Positions 20,023-29,125 of a stretch of 64,000 bases of DNA are shown here, one piece after another. The notes under the pieces were generated by a model. It was not told the origin of the DNA. It ran no database searches and was given only the letters and a program-made list of their open reading frames with translations. The DNA lies in assembly GCA_035504095.1 (NCBI GenBank), contig DATJSN010000001.1, positions 54,519 through 118,518 of the forward strand, given 5' to 3'. How positions within the stretch are numbered: the first letter of the stretch is position 1; every line of letters begins with the position of its first letter. The stretch is from Phycisphaerae bacterium (GTDB taxonomy: Bacteria; Planctomycetota; Phycisphaerae; WQYP01). Position numbers and translations under genes: made by a program.

Positions 20023-20244
20023 ATGGACCAACCATCAATTGAACAGCGTTATACCCAGTTGCGGGCTCTTACCAGTGACCCAACTGCGACTGCTCTGCTG
20101 GTATTGGCTGAAGTAATCCAGGCCAAATCCGCTATGGATCAGGATTCCGCCGCCCGGCTGGGAAGCGAAATTAAACTCGCCCTCGATCACATGTTCCATG
20201 TGAAGGTAGAGGGGGAAATTCACAGCGCTTCGAATGAAGTGTAA
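20023..20244 (+). CDS. Small hypothetical protein (73 aa)
   Basis: Strong RBS 'GGGAGG' 8 nt upstream of the ATG. Predicted helical. No recognisable family. Confidence 0.35.
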   Translation: MDQPSIEQRYTQLRALTSDPTATALLVLAEVIQAKSAMDQDSAARLGSEIKLALDHMFHVKVEGEIHSASNEV

Positions 20245-20277
20245 GAGGCTTTTAAAATCCATCGTGAAAGGTTTTGC

Positions 20278-21201
20278 ATGTCCTTACTGGTTACAGGTTC
20301 TATCGGCATAGATAAAGTTGTTACGCCGTTTGGGGCAAAGGAAAATATTCTCGGCGGCTCGGCGCTCTATTTTTCCTGGGCTGCCGTTCATTTCTGCAAA
20401 GTCTATCTCGTTGGTGTGGTAGGGGAGGATTTTCCTTCGGAATTCGATTTTGTTTTTGTCCATCCCAACATCGACGCACGCGGCCTGGAACGCCGGAAAG
20501 GAAGCAAAACCTTCCGCTGGGCGGGTCGTTACGATCAGACCATGAACGAGGCTACAACCACGGCTGTTGACCTGAACGTCCTGATTGAAAAATCACCTGT
20601 GATTCCGGCGGAATACGCCCAAAGCCGGGTGGTTTTTCTGGCCGCGACCCATCCGGATTTGCAGATGCAATTGCTTTCGCAGGTTCATAAACCCAAACTG
20701 GTTATTTCCGATACACGCGACCTGTGGATTAAAAATCACCGCGCGGAACTTATGAAGAGCCTAAAAAAAATTGATGGTCTGGTGCTTAATGATTTTGAGG
20801 CGCGCCTGCTGACCGAAAAGGTTAATCTCGTTTCCGCGCTCCAGCAGATCCGCAAGCTCCTCAAGCCCGGCGGGCCGCGGCTGGTGGTGATCAAAAAAGG
20901 CGAGCACGGCTGCCTCGCCGCCTATGACGATTCACTCTTCGCCATGCCGGCGTATCCAACGGAAAAAGTCGTCGACCCCACCGGCGCCGGCGATAGTTTC
21001 GCCGGCGGATTGCTTGGTTATATGACCGCACAAAAACGCTGGTCGCCGGTAATCTTTAAGCAGGCGGTCGCGGCGGGGACCATCATGGCCAGTTTTACCA
21101 TTGAAGATTTTTCCCTCGAAGCCTTGCGCCGAGCCAATCGAAGGACAATCGGGTCGCGTATGAGGGAATTTCGCAAGATGGTCGCACACGGCCTTGTCTG
21201 A
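20278..21201 (+). CDS. PfkB-family carbohydrate kinase
   Basis: Ribokinase-family signature 'DPTGAGDSFAGGLLGYM'. N-terminal GG-containing motif. Confidence 0.8.
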   Translation: MSLLVTGSIGIDKVVTPFGAKENILGGSALYFSWAAVHFCKVYLVGVVGEDFPSEFDFVFVHPNIDARGLERRKGSKTFRWAGRYDQTMNEATTTAVDLNVLIEKSPVIPAEYAQSRVVFLAATHPDLQMQLLSQVHKPKLVISDTRDLWIKNHRAELMKSLKKIDGLVLNDFEARLLTEKVNLVSALQQIRKLLKPGGPRLVVIKKGEHGCLAAYDDSLFAMPAYPTEKVVDPTGAGDSFAGGLLGYMTAQKRWSPVIFKQAVAAGTIMASFTIEDFSLEALRRANRRTIGSRMREFRKMVAHGLV

Positions 21202-21773
21202 TGAGATTATTTGTCGCGATAACAGTTTCTGAAGCCTTACGCGCCGAGCTTTTCGCTCTGCAAAAACGTTTGGAGCAGGCTAAGGCCGAGGTGCGCTGGG
21301 TAAAGCCGGAACAGTATCACATCACGGTCAAATTTATCGGCGAGGCTGCTGACGATCAGTTGGTTCAAATTGCCGCTCGCATGGACTCCGCCGCCGCGGC
21401 GACCGAGCCATTTAAACTGGATATCATCGGTCTGGATCGCATCGAATCGCGCGGCAAGGTGCGGGTGATTACCGCCGAGGTTAATTCACCCGACCAGCGG
21501 CTAACGCGTTTGCATCGGCAGGTGGATCAAAAACTTGCAGGCATGGGATTCGATCTGGATATGCGAGAACTTTTGCCGCACATCACGCTGGGAAGAGTGC
21601 AAAGCAATCATGGATTGAATCGGTTACTCAGACGGCTGGAACATTTTTCGCCGGACGCCATGGAACCCATTAGCGGCTGGGAAGTCGTGGACGTGCATTT
21701 ATTTCAAAGCACTCTGACCCCGGAGGGATCGGAATATAAAATATTGCATACCGCAAAGTTAGGCTCTGTTTGA
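21201..21773 (+). CDS. thpR: RNA 2',3'-cyclic phosphodiesterase (2H phosphoesterase, LigT/ThpR)
   Basis: Two HxT/S motifs: 'HITVKFIG' and 'HITLGRV'. Overlaps the upstream stop. Confidence 0.8.
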   Translation: MRLFVAITVSEALRAELFALQKRLEQAKAEVRWVKPEQYHITVKFIGEAADDQLVQIAARMDSAAAATEPFKLDIIGLDRIESRGKVRVITAEVNSPDQRLTRLHRQVDQKLAGMGFDLDMRELLPHITLGRVQSNHGLNRLLRRLEHFSPDAMEPISGWEVVDVHLFQSTLTPEGSEYKILHTAKLGSV

Positions 21774-21902
21774 TGAATACCCCCTCCACGTCCACTGCGT
21801 TAAAACGTCTCCACACTCGAAGATTTTTGTCGATGGTATCGGCGTTAGATTCAGCTATGTTGCGACGTTATAATCGACAAAAACGCTAATTTTTAATAAA
21901 TT

Positions 21903-22556
21903 ATGAAAAATATAATATTAGTAATACTTGGAGTGCTATCTTTTACTATAGGTGGCGCATTAGTCCTTGCTTGGCCCGTATTCGTCTATCTTTCAATTTT
22001 TGAGTTTGACGCGCCAAGCCGCGGTCCTTGGGATTATCCTGCTCGTTATGCCATCGTTTGTGCTCTTTTAGCTTATCCTATTCCGTATATTCTGGCTTTA
22101 ATCTTTTTAATACGACAATGGCATAGAGACAGATTTCATGTGTTAACCTCGCTTTCTGGCTTAATTCCATTTCTGTATATTGCTGGCTTTTTTACAATAA
22201 TAGTTCTGATTTCGACAACGATGTCTCATAAGACAATCGCACCAAATGTCATTTTGAAAACGGACGGGACCTATTATTCTTTAGTAGATAATAATGGGCG
22301 AGTGATTGTGGATCAAAACGTTATATCTTACGAAGTTATCGGTTCAAAACAATTGGTTTTGGTAAGACGAGCTCCTCTAAGGTTAGTAATCGACAATATT
22401 ACTACGTATAACTTATCAAACAACCTATATTATGCTGTAAATACGCTGAATGGTTCTGTATCAGCTCCTCTTTCTAAAAGTGAGTTCCAAAAAAAATATG
22501 CTTTGCCTGATGAATCGCAGGTATTCAAAGATTCGATGCAGATGCCGGGAGAATAA
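21903..22556 (+). CDS. Hypothetical membrane protein encoded in a low-GC island
   Basis: Four N-terminal TM helices and a soluble C-terminal domain. Local GC is far below the window average. No SD sequence. Confidence 0.5.
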   Translation: MKNIILVILGVLSFTIGGALVLAWPVFVYLSIFEFDAPSRGPWDYPARYAIVCALLAYPIPYILALIFLIRQWHRDRFHVLTSLSGLIPFLYIAGFFTIIVLISTTMSHKTIAPNVILKTDGTYYSLVDNNGRVIVDQNVISYEVIGSKQLVLVRRAPLRLVIDNITTYNLSNNLYYAVNTLNGSVSAPLSKSEFQKKYALPDESQVFKDSMQMPGE

Positions 22557-22706
22557 AAAAGACTCTGCATCTACTATTTTCTCCACCGTCCTCTGAGCCC
22601 TCTGTGATCTCTGTGGCCTGTTCCTCATCGTGATATATAGCTATCGAGCAGGGGGGATAATAAGGCGGCAGGTCAATTAAAAATTTTTGCCATATAATCT
22701 TGTGCC

Positions 22707-24236
22707 ATGGCGGCGTGGGTCAAAATCATCATTTATTTTACGCTCTGCATGCAATTGCGAGCCTATTGGAAATATATTCCCATTTCCTATGACACCACGC
22801 GTCTAACCTCGCCGGTAAAACAGGATGGATCCATAGATTACCTGGCGGCACTGAATATAAAATGTTCCCAGGGCGTGACGCCTGAAAATAATGCGGTGGT
22901 GGTTCTTCTGCGCGCTGCGGGATCAGATTATATTAATGGCCCACCGGACTATAAAAAAGAATATATGAATATGCTGGGTGTGATGTCACTGCCGTCGCCA
23001 AAACATCCGTTCGTTTATTTGTACGATTATTTATCCAAGCACGGTTTTCAATGGCAGGACGTGGACCACATTTATGGAGAGGTAACGAGAAAGCCTTTTA
23101 CCGATAGCCAATATCCGCAAGTGGGGCACTGGCTCGATTCACAACAGGACTTTATCAACGCCTATCTGGCGGCTTCGCAGATGTCGCATTGGTATGACCC
23201 TATTACTAGTAATACAGAACAATTCCAGATGTTGGCCGGTTTTCCCCGCCTGCTTTCGGCATTTAAATTTATGACGGAGAGTGTCGGGATAGATGCCATG
23301 TATGATCTTGGAGAAAACGACGTTGATGTTGCTTTGGATGACGCCCTGGCTATTCATCGTCTGACTCATTTACAAGCTCGAGTGTCGGCTATGGTCGTTC
23401 AATTAATGATCGCTGGAAGAGAAGAGGAATTCGCGGCCGATATCGACCAGCAAATCATTGCCAGTGGACTATTGAGCACAAATGACGCCAAACGAATGGC
23501 GGATGCTCTGGGTGATTTAAGGCCGCTGCCGGCCTTTTCAGAATCAATTGATGGTGAAGAACGTTATTTTGCACTTGATGCTCTTGAGAATCTCGCGCGG
23601 GGACGTCATTATCAAGTAGGCTTTTTGCAAGGTTTTGGTCCAGCCCAGCCGCAGGCGGCATTTTCTCAATTCGTTGGGCAACTATTGCCCCCGCAGCTTT
23701 CCTCCTGGGATCAAATTTCATATTTATTTGACTGGTGTGTGTTTAGAGTTGTTCCGGTTCATTATGTATTTTTAATGATCCAAGACAATCATTTTTATGA
23801 CGACTGGATGCGAATTTCTCAGGCTAAAACTTATGATCAGGCACTGTCTGAACAAAAAACGCTGAATCCAGAATCGCGTATCATGGACAGCTCATTTGCC
23901 GACGATATAGTCAAAACAATCGCATGGCGGCCGTATATTTCAAATCGCCTTATTCAGGAACAGTTCGCATATCAAACCATTCTTCCGATGGTGCGCACCG
24001 AATATGCCCTGGCCGCCTGGCATACCGATCATGGTGATTATCCCAAAGTTTTGACCGCATTAGTCCCGCAATATCTGTCCAGCGTTCCCATCGATCCGTT
24101 TGATGGCCAACCGTTGCGCTATGCGCCAACCGCCAACGGCTACAGGCTCTGGAGCATCGGCGCAACCAAACCAGGACTTACAGGGTGGTTTAGTACGGGT
24201 CTGCAATTCACCATGCCGCCGGAAAAGCAAGACTAA
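22707..24236 (+). CDS. Hypothetical protein (509 aa) with an N-terminal hydrophobic anchor
   Basis: Long ORF in a reduced-GC region. No recognised motifs. Confidence 0.5.
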   Translation: MAAWVKIIIYFTLCMQLRAYWKYIPISYDTTRLTSPVKQDGSIDYLAALNIKCSQGVTPENNAVVVLLRAAGSDYINGPPDYKKEYMNMLGVMSLPSPKHPFVYLYDYLSKHGFQWQDVDHIYGEVTRKPFTDSQYPQVGHWLDSQQDFINAYLAASQMSHWYDPITSNTEQFQMLAGFPRLLSAFKFMTESVGIDAMYDLGENDVDVALDDALAIHRLTHLQARVSAMVVQLMIAGREEEFAADIDQQIIASGLLSTNDAKRMADALGDLRPLPAFSESIDGEERYFALDALENLARGRHYQVGFLQGFGPAQPQAAFSQFVGQLLPPQLSSWDQISYLFDWCVFRVVPVHYVFLMIQDNHFYDDWMRISQAKTYDQALSEQKTLNPESRIMDSSFADDIVKTIAWRPYISNRLIQEQFAYQTILPMVRTEYALAAWHTDHGDYPKVLTALVPQYLSSVPIDPFDGQPLRYAPTANGYRLWSIGATKPGLTGWFSTGLQFTMPPEKQD

Positions 24237-24272
24237 TTCTCATTCCGGATTTAAGAAGATAGACTATGCAGA

Positions 24273-26639
24273 ATGACCAGCGGTATAAATGATTCAAATT
24301 TTGTTTTAGCAACGAAAATATTTATGCCTTGTCGATTTAACATCGGTATCCCGGTGCTTCTGCTGGTCTTTGTTGCAGGCTTCGCTCGAGCCCAATCCAA
24401 CGTGGACTACATCGACCCCATGTTCGGTGCGATTACCGATGTTCCTCGCGACTGGGGTGACGCGGCCGGTAAGACATTTCCCGGCGCCGACACGCCGTTC
24501 GGCCTGGTGCAACTAAGTCCTGATACCATCACCGGTGGGGATAGGGGTTCAGGCTATTCGGCCGACGACAAAACCATTGAAGGTTTCAGTTTTCTGCACA
24601 TGTTGGGTGTAGGATGTTACGGCGACCTTGGTAACCTGCAGGTCATGCCTGAAACCGGACCGCTTATCATCGACCGCACTACGGCAAAAAGCGCATATCA
24701 ACAGAAAAATCAAGTCGCTACCGCCGGCTATTACAGCGTGGTTCTGGACCGTTACCAGGTGAAGACGGAATTGACCGCTGCGCCCCATGCCGGCTTCATT
24801 CGTTTTACTTTTCCAGCTTCGGTTTCCAGTTATATTAAATTCGATCTCGCTCGTCGCATCGGCAAGCTCGCCGACTCTCATTCCACGGCTCAATTCATAC
24901 ATCAGTTGGATGCTTATACCGTGGAAGGTTGGATATACTGCGACCCCAGCAGCGGTGGATACGGTTGTTTTCAACGCGTTTCGCACTATACCGTTTATTT
25001 CTACATGAAATTCCATGATCCGATTAAATCATTCGGTATATGGGATGGCCAGGATGTTTCGCGCAGTCTTACGGAACTGAACGGCAAGAATTCCGGTTTT
25101 TTCATTGAGTTTCCTACTACGCAGGGGCAGCAGGTCCTGGTTAAAGCAGGCATTTCTTTTGTGAGTATGGATGGCGCTCGCGCCAATCTTTTGCATGACA
25201 TTCCGGGTTGGGACTTTGACGCCGTTCACCAACAGGCACGAGCGCTTTGGGCCAGCGCCATCTCCAGAATAGATGTCGAAGGCGGTTCTGACGCAGACAG
25301 ACGGATTTTTTACTCGTCGCTTTATCAATCAATGATCGATCCGCGCAATATTGTAGATGTGAATGGTTACTACGCCAGCTCGGATGGCAAGCCACACAAG
25401 GCTAACGGATTTATCGTTCGCAGCATTTTTAGTGGCTGGGACGTATACCGCGCCGAATTCCCGCTCCAGAACCTGATCAATCGTAGCATGGTTAATGATG
25501 AAATTAATACGCTGATGCAATTAACCCAACAGGGTGACGTAAAGGGTCTTGCCCGCTGGGAATTGCTGGGTATAGACACAGGCGAGATGGTGGGCGATCC
25601 GGCCATTTCCATTATTGCCAATGCCTATCTGCAGGGAATTCGTGGTTACGATGTGCAGAAAGCCTATCAACTCTGTCGCGCCGTAGCGCTGGGGCCGGCC
25701 GATCAATCGAATCGCGTTGATTTTAACGATTGGATCAAGCACGGCTATTGCATGGGAAAACTGTCTATCTCCGCAACGCTCGACAATTCCTATGATGACT
25801 ACTGCCTGGCGCAGTTTGCTCAAGCACTTGGAAAGACCGACGATGCCGCTCAATTGTATAAATCCGCGCAAAATTACCGCAACATCTTTGATTCCAATAT
25901 CCAATGGTTTCACGGCCGCACTGTCGACGGTAATTTAATTCCCTGGCAGGGTTTCACGACATTTGGTCAGGGCTGTATCGAAAGCACTCCGGGACAGGAG
26001 GGTTGGTACGTGCCGCAGGATGTGCAGGGTTTAATCAATTTATTGGGCGGCCGGGACAAATTCGTCGCCCGGCTCAATGAAATGTTTGAGAAAACGACTC
26101 CGGCGATGATGGTGCAGTGGAATAATTATTACAATATCTCCAACGAAAACGTCGAGCAATGTGCGTTCATGTTCACTTATGCAGGCGCGCCTTGGCTTAC
26201 GCAGAAATGGTCCCGTTATACTTGCTCTACCGCATACAAGACTGGCCCATACGGTCTGCCTGGCAATGACGATGAAGGAGAATTATCCGCTTGGTATGTA
26301 CTGGCCGCTTCTGGTTTTTATCCCGTGTGTCCCTGCAGCAACGTTTATATCCTGGGTAGTCCGGTCTTCTCCCGGGTGACTTTCCATCTTGACTCAGCAT
26401 ATGCCGGTGGAGGAAAAACATTCAGCATCGTCGCTAAGAATAATTCCCCGGTCAATATCTATATCCAGTCGGCCCAGCTTGATGGAACGCCGCTCAAGCG
26501 CGCCTGGATCACCTATCAGGAAATTTCCAATGGCGGCACACTGGTACTCCAAATGGGGCCCACTCCCAATAAAACCTGGGGTTCTGATCCGCAAGACGCG
26601 CCGCTGTCGCTTTCCATGCCGCTACAAAAGCTGAACTGA
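24273..26639 (+). CDS. Secreted glycoside hydrolase, GH92-like (putative alpha-mannosidase family)
   Basis: Signal peptide. 'KTFPGADTPFGLVQLSPDT' and 'GFSFLHMLGVGCYGDLGN' resemble the GH92 N-terminal signatures. Confidence 0.45.
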   Translation: MTSGINDSNFVLATKIFMPCRFNIGIPVLLLVFVAGFARAQSNVDYIDPMFGAITDVPRDWGDAAGKTFPGADTPFGLVQLSPDTITGGDRGSGYSADDKTIEGFSFLHMLGVGCYGDLGNLQVMPETGPLIIDRTTAKSAYQQKNQVATAGYYSVVLDRYQVKTELTAAPHAGFIRFTFPASVSSYIKFDLARRIGKLADSHSTAQFIHQLDAYTVEGWIYCDPSSGGYGCFQRVSHYTVYFYMKFHDPIKSFGIWDGQDVSRSLTELNGKNSGFFIEFPTTQGQQVLVKAGISFVSMDGARANLLHDIPGWDFDAVHQQARALWASAISRIDVEGGSDADRRIFYSSLYQSMIDPRNIVDVNGYYASSDGKPHKANGFIVRSIFSGWDVYRAEFPLQNLINRSMVNDEINTLMQLTQQGDVKGLARWELLGIDTGEMVGDPAISIIANAYLQGIRGYDVQKAYQLCRAVALGPADQSNRVDFNDWIKHGYCMGKLSISATLDNSYDDYCLAQFAQALGKTDDAAQLYKSAQNYRNIFDSNIQWFHGRTVDGNLIPWQGFTTFGQGCIESTPGQEGWYVPQDVQGLINLLGGRDKFVARLNEMFEKTTPAMMVQWNNYYNISNENVEQCAFMFTYAGAPWLTQKWSRYTCSTAYKTGPYGLPGNDDEGELSAWYVLAASGFYPVCPCSNVYILGSPVFSRVTFHLDSAYAGGGKTFSIVAKNNSPVNIYIQSAQLDGTPLKRAWITYQEISNGGTLVLQMGPTPNKTWGSDPQDAPLSLSMPLQKLN

Positions 26640-26648
26640 TTCTTATTT

Positions 26649-26782
26649 AAAATCAGTGGCCAGCGTCACATCGCGCCAGGTTTCGATTTCTTTGCTTAGG
26701 GAATTTATTTTTGTCGTCGCACGCTGGTAGGCGAGGGCACCTAGCAGCAAATGCAATGGCGGATTTTTGCTGGTGACCGCGT
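26649..26782 (-). pseudogene. Detached 3' fragment (about 44 codons) of an SDR oxidoreductase gene. It is one copy of a 134-bp direct repeat.
   Basis: About 95% identical to nt 32728-32861, the 3' end of the intact SDR gene. It translates to '...LLGALAYQRATTKINSLSKEIETWRDVTLATDFK*' and has no upstream coding continuation. Confidence 0.6.
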
Positions 26783-26799
26783 ACAGATTTAAATACAGA

Positions 26800-27494
26800 T
26801 TATGTATCGGGTGAATTGCGAATGGCGAATCTAAGAAGTTCAGCGCTGTTTTTAAAGTTCAATTTTTCTTTAATGTGTTCACGATGAGCTTCGATGGTTT
26901 TGATGCTCAGGCATAACTTGTCGGCGATCTGTTTGACGTTGTTACCGGCTCCAATCATGCGAAAAATTTCCAGTTCACGATCGGTCAACCGGTCCATTGG
27001 CAGTCCGCGGTCGCGTTTTTTGCCGGCAACCATCCGCTGCAGAAGCACAGCGTTCATTTTGCTGCTGACATATACCTGACCTGACAGAACGGTGCGGACC
27101 GCGGTTAACAGTATTGGCGGCGCCTCCTGCTTCATCACATAACCACCAGCGCCAGCGCGCAGCGCCCGTTCAGCATATATTGACTCATCGTGCATGCTCA
27201 CGACAAGCGCCGGCAGGTTGGGAAACTGTGATTTGAGTTCCTTTATTAACTCGATGCCATCGCTGTCTTTCAACGAAACGTCCACCATGACCAAATCGGG
27301 TTTTGCGCCGCGTATGGCACGAAGCGACTGAAAGGCATCTTCACCCTGGCCAACGACAATCAAATCCGCTTCATTGTTAATCAATTGCGCCAATCCCTGG
27401 CGCACAATGGGGTGGTCATCGACAAGAAAAATTTTCCGCTTGCCGGCCAGAGATGGCGAGGATGACGAAACTGCAGGCGTTTTTGCTTTGCTCA
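26800..27494 (-). CDS. Two-component response regulator, NarL/FixJ (LuxR HTH) family
   Basis: REC domain 'KIFLVDDHPIVRQGL...LVMVDVSLKDSDG'. LuxR HTH 'LTDRELEIFRMIGAGNNVKQIADKLCLSIKTIEAHR'. Confidence 0.85.
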
Positions 27495-27502
27495 TGATCG
27501 TC

Positions 27503-28411
27503 TCATTGTGTCTTGACGCTGGTATCCGGACAAGTAAAGTCCAGATCGAAAATGACGGATACCCGATTGTCAGCCTTAATAAGACCAAAAAACGCGGAAG
27601 GCGGAATAATTCCATAGTCACTCATGAGTACGTCGAATTTCGACCAGACATAAAAATGCCCATAAACATCCCGTTGCACAAACATATTTGTCAAAAGTGA
27701 TCGTTGCACGCCGGCGAGGGTCAGTTTTCCTAAGACGAGCAAATCCAATTCCGGCCGGCCGTTGGCATCCCACTGGATTTGAGCCCGCTTTAGCTGTTCG
27801 AAGATATAATCGATGGCGGGATTCCGCTGAGCATTCAAGGCATCATGTAAATCGTGGTCACGAGCGGCGTTATCACTGCGCAAAGACACGACCGGCAATG
27901 ACAACGCACCGCTCGGCGGATCGTGCAACGTTGAGGTCGCTGGGAAATCGGCAGCAGCAATTGCAACCGATTTAGCGGCGTTGTTTCCCGCGGCGTCATC
28001 CTGGTTCGGAGCCTGAGGAAGATGATTGAACCAACTCTCGAGCTTAGAACCGGAAACAGCGAGGATCACCTGGCCCTGAACCTGGGTGCTGCGGCTATAC
28101 CATGAACCTATGGTCGCCGTGCCATTAAGTTCCACATAGCTGTCAGGACTTATCACAAAATGCAAAGGCGTTTTCTGGGCGTTGAAGTCGACCACCAACG
28201 GTTTGGAAACTTCCACCTGTGCACCCTGGGGTTGGGCGGGTGGATCGCTGCACGCCGGCAGTAACAGAGCGATCAACAGGCAGGGCAGACTCAGTCCGAA
28301 GGAGGCAAAACGTGGTTTACGTGGACGTTGTGGACAGCGGTGATTATCTGACGTGCAATCAACGCAAAACCGCGAATGACCGATTTCGGGCTGGAAAGTT
28401 CCTTGACTCAT
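27503..28411 (-). CDS. YceI-like domain lipoprotein
   Basis: Lipobox 'LLPAC'. 'RDHDLHDALNAQRNPAIDYIF' resembles the YceI core. Confidence 0.55.
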   Translation of the reverse strand: MSQGTFQPEIGHSRFCVDCTSDNHRCPQRPRKPRFASFGLSLPCLLIALLLPACSDPPAQPQGAQVEVSKPLVVDFNAQKTPLHFVISPDSYVELNGTATIGSWYSRSTQVQGQVILAVSGSKLESWFNHLPQAPNQDDAAGNNAAKSVAIAAADFPATSTLHDPPSGALSLPVVSLRSDNAARDHDLHDALNAQRNPAIDYIFEQLKRAQIQWDANGRPELDLLVLGKLTLAGVQRSLLTNMFVQRDVYGHFYVWSKFDVLMSDYGIIPPSAFFGLIKADNRVSVIFDLDFTCPDTSVKTQ

Positions 28412-29112
28412 TTTCCTGCATCAGATGCTGAAGTTGTCAGTTGCCAGGTCGCGGTCACGGTGATCGCGTCTCCGGATTTAATTATGCCTAACATCGCCGT
28501 TGGAGGCTGCACGCCAAAGTCAGTCATTTTCAGGTTGGCGCTGGTGCTAATGGTCAAACTAGTATTATCCTGATGTGTTATAGCAAGTTCCAGAGATGTT
28601 TTCTGCGCTACGCCATTAACCGTCAGATTGCCAGTGGTATCAAAAACAAAGACATTATTTTGGCCATTCGGGGCAGGTTTCAAGGTCGCTTTAGTCAGTT
28701 GATATGTAATCGTTGGATGCTGACTAGCATTCAGGGTGCCGTACATCGTGGAATCCATGCCCCCGCCTTCCGAGCTTTTGAGTGTGTAGACGGGGATGGT
28801 CAGTTGAATCGACTGCAGGCTTATGGGATTTGGGCCTGTGGTAGTCCATTCTCCCGACGTAGTCACATTGCCGCTGACTGTATTGCCCTGGGCGGACCAA
28901 TCGTGCAGTGTTGAGGTTCCTTTGATGGTGACATTGCCGGATGAAGCAGTGAATGTTGTGCCCTGCGGTGCGGACGCCGCAATCGAGGCAGCGCCCGCAA
29001 ATGTAATAACCAGGATAGCGAGTGCGGATACTCCAACTCCGCGCCAGGCCGCCACCTGACGGCCTGGCGAAGTAAGGAGGTGGTTGTGAAGAGCCTTAAA
29101 CAAGAAACACAT
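28408..29112 (-). CDS. YceI-like domain protein, secreted
   Basis: 'TIKGTSTLHDWSAQGNTVSGNV', 'MDSTMYGTLNASQHPTITYQL' and 'KMTDFGVQPP' resemble YceI family blocks. Overlaps the downstream YceI gene by 4 nt. Confidence 0.5.
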   Translation of the reverse strand: MCFLFKALHNHLLTSPGRQVAAWRGVGVSALAILVITFAGAASIAASAPQGTTFTASSGNVTIKGTSTLHDWSAQGNTVSGNVTTSGEWTTTGPNPISLQSIQLTIPVYTLKSSEGGGMDSTMYGTLNASQHPTITYQLTKATLKPAPNGQNNVFVFDTTGNLTVNGVAQKTSLELAITHQDNTSLTISTSANLKMTDFGVQPPTAMLGIIKSGDAITVTATWQLTTSASDAGK

Positions 29113-29125
29113 GTTCTGACTCCAT

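Noticed and set aside
22530-22580. Inverted repeat GATGCAGA...TCTGCATC after the low-GC gene, considered as a terminator
   Set aside because: The loop is about 21 nt and the T-tract is poor. That is too weak to call an intrinsic terminator with confidence.
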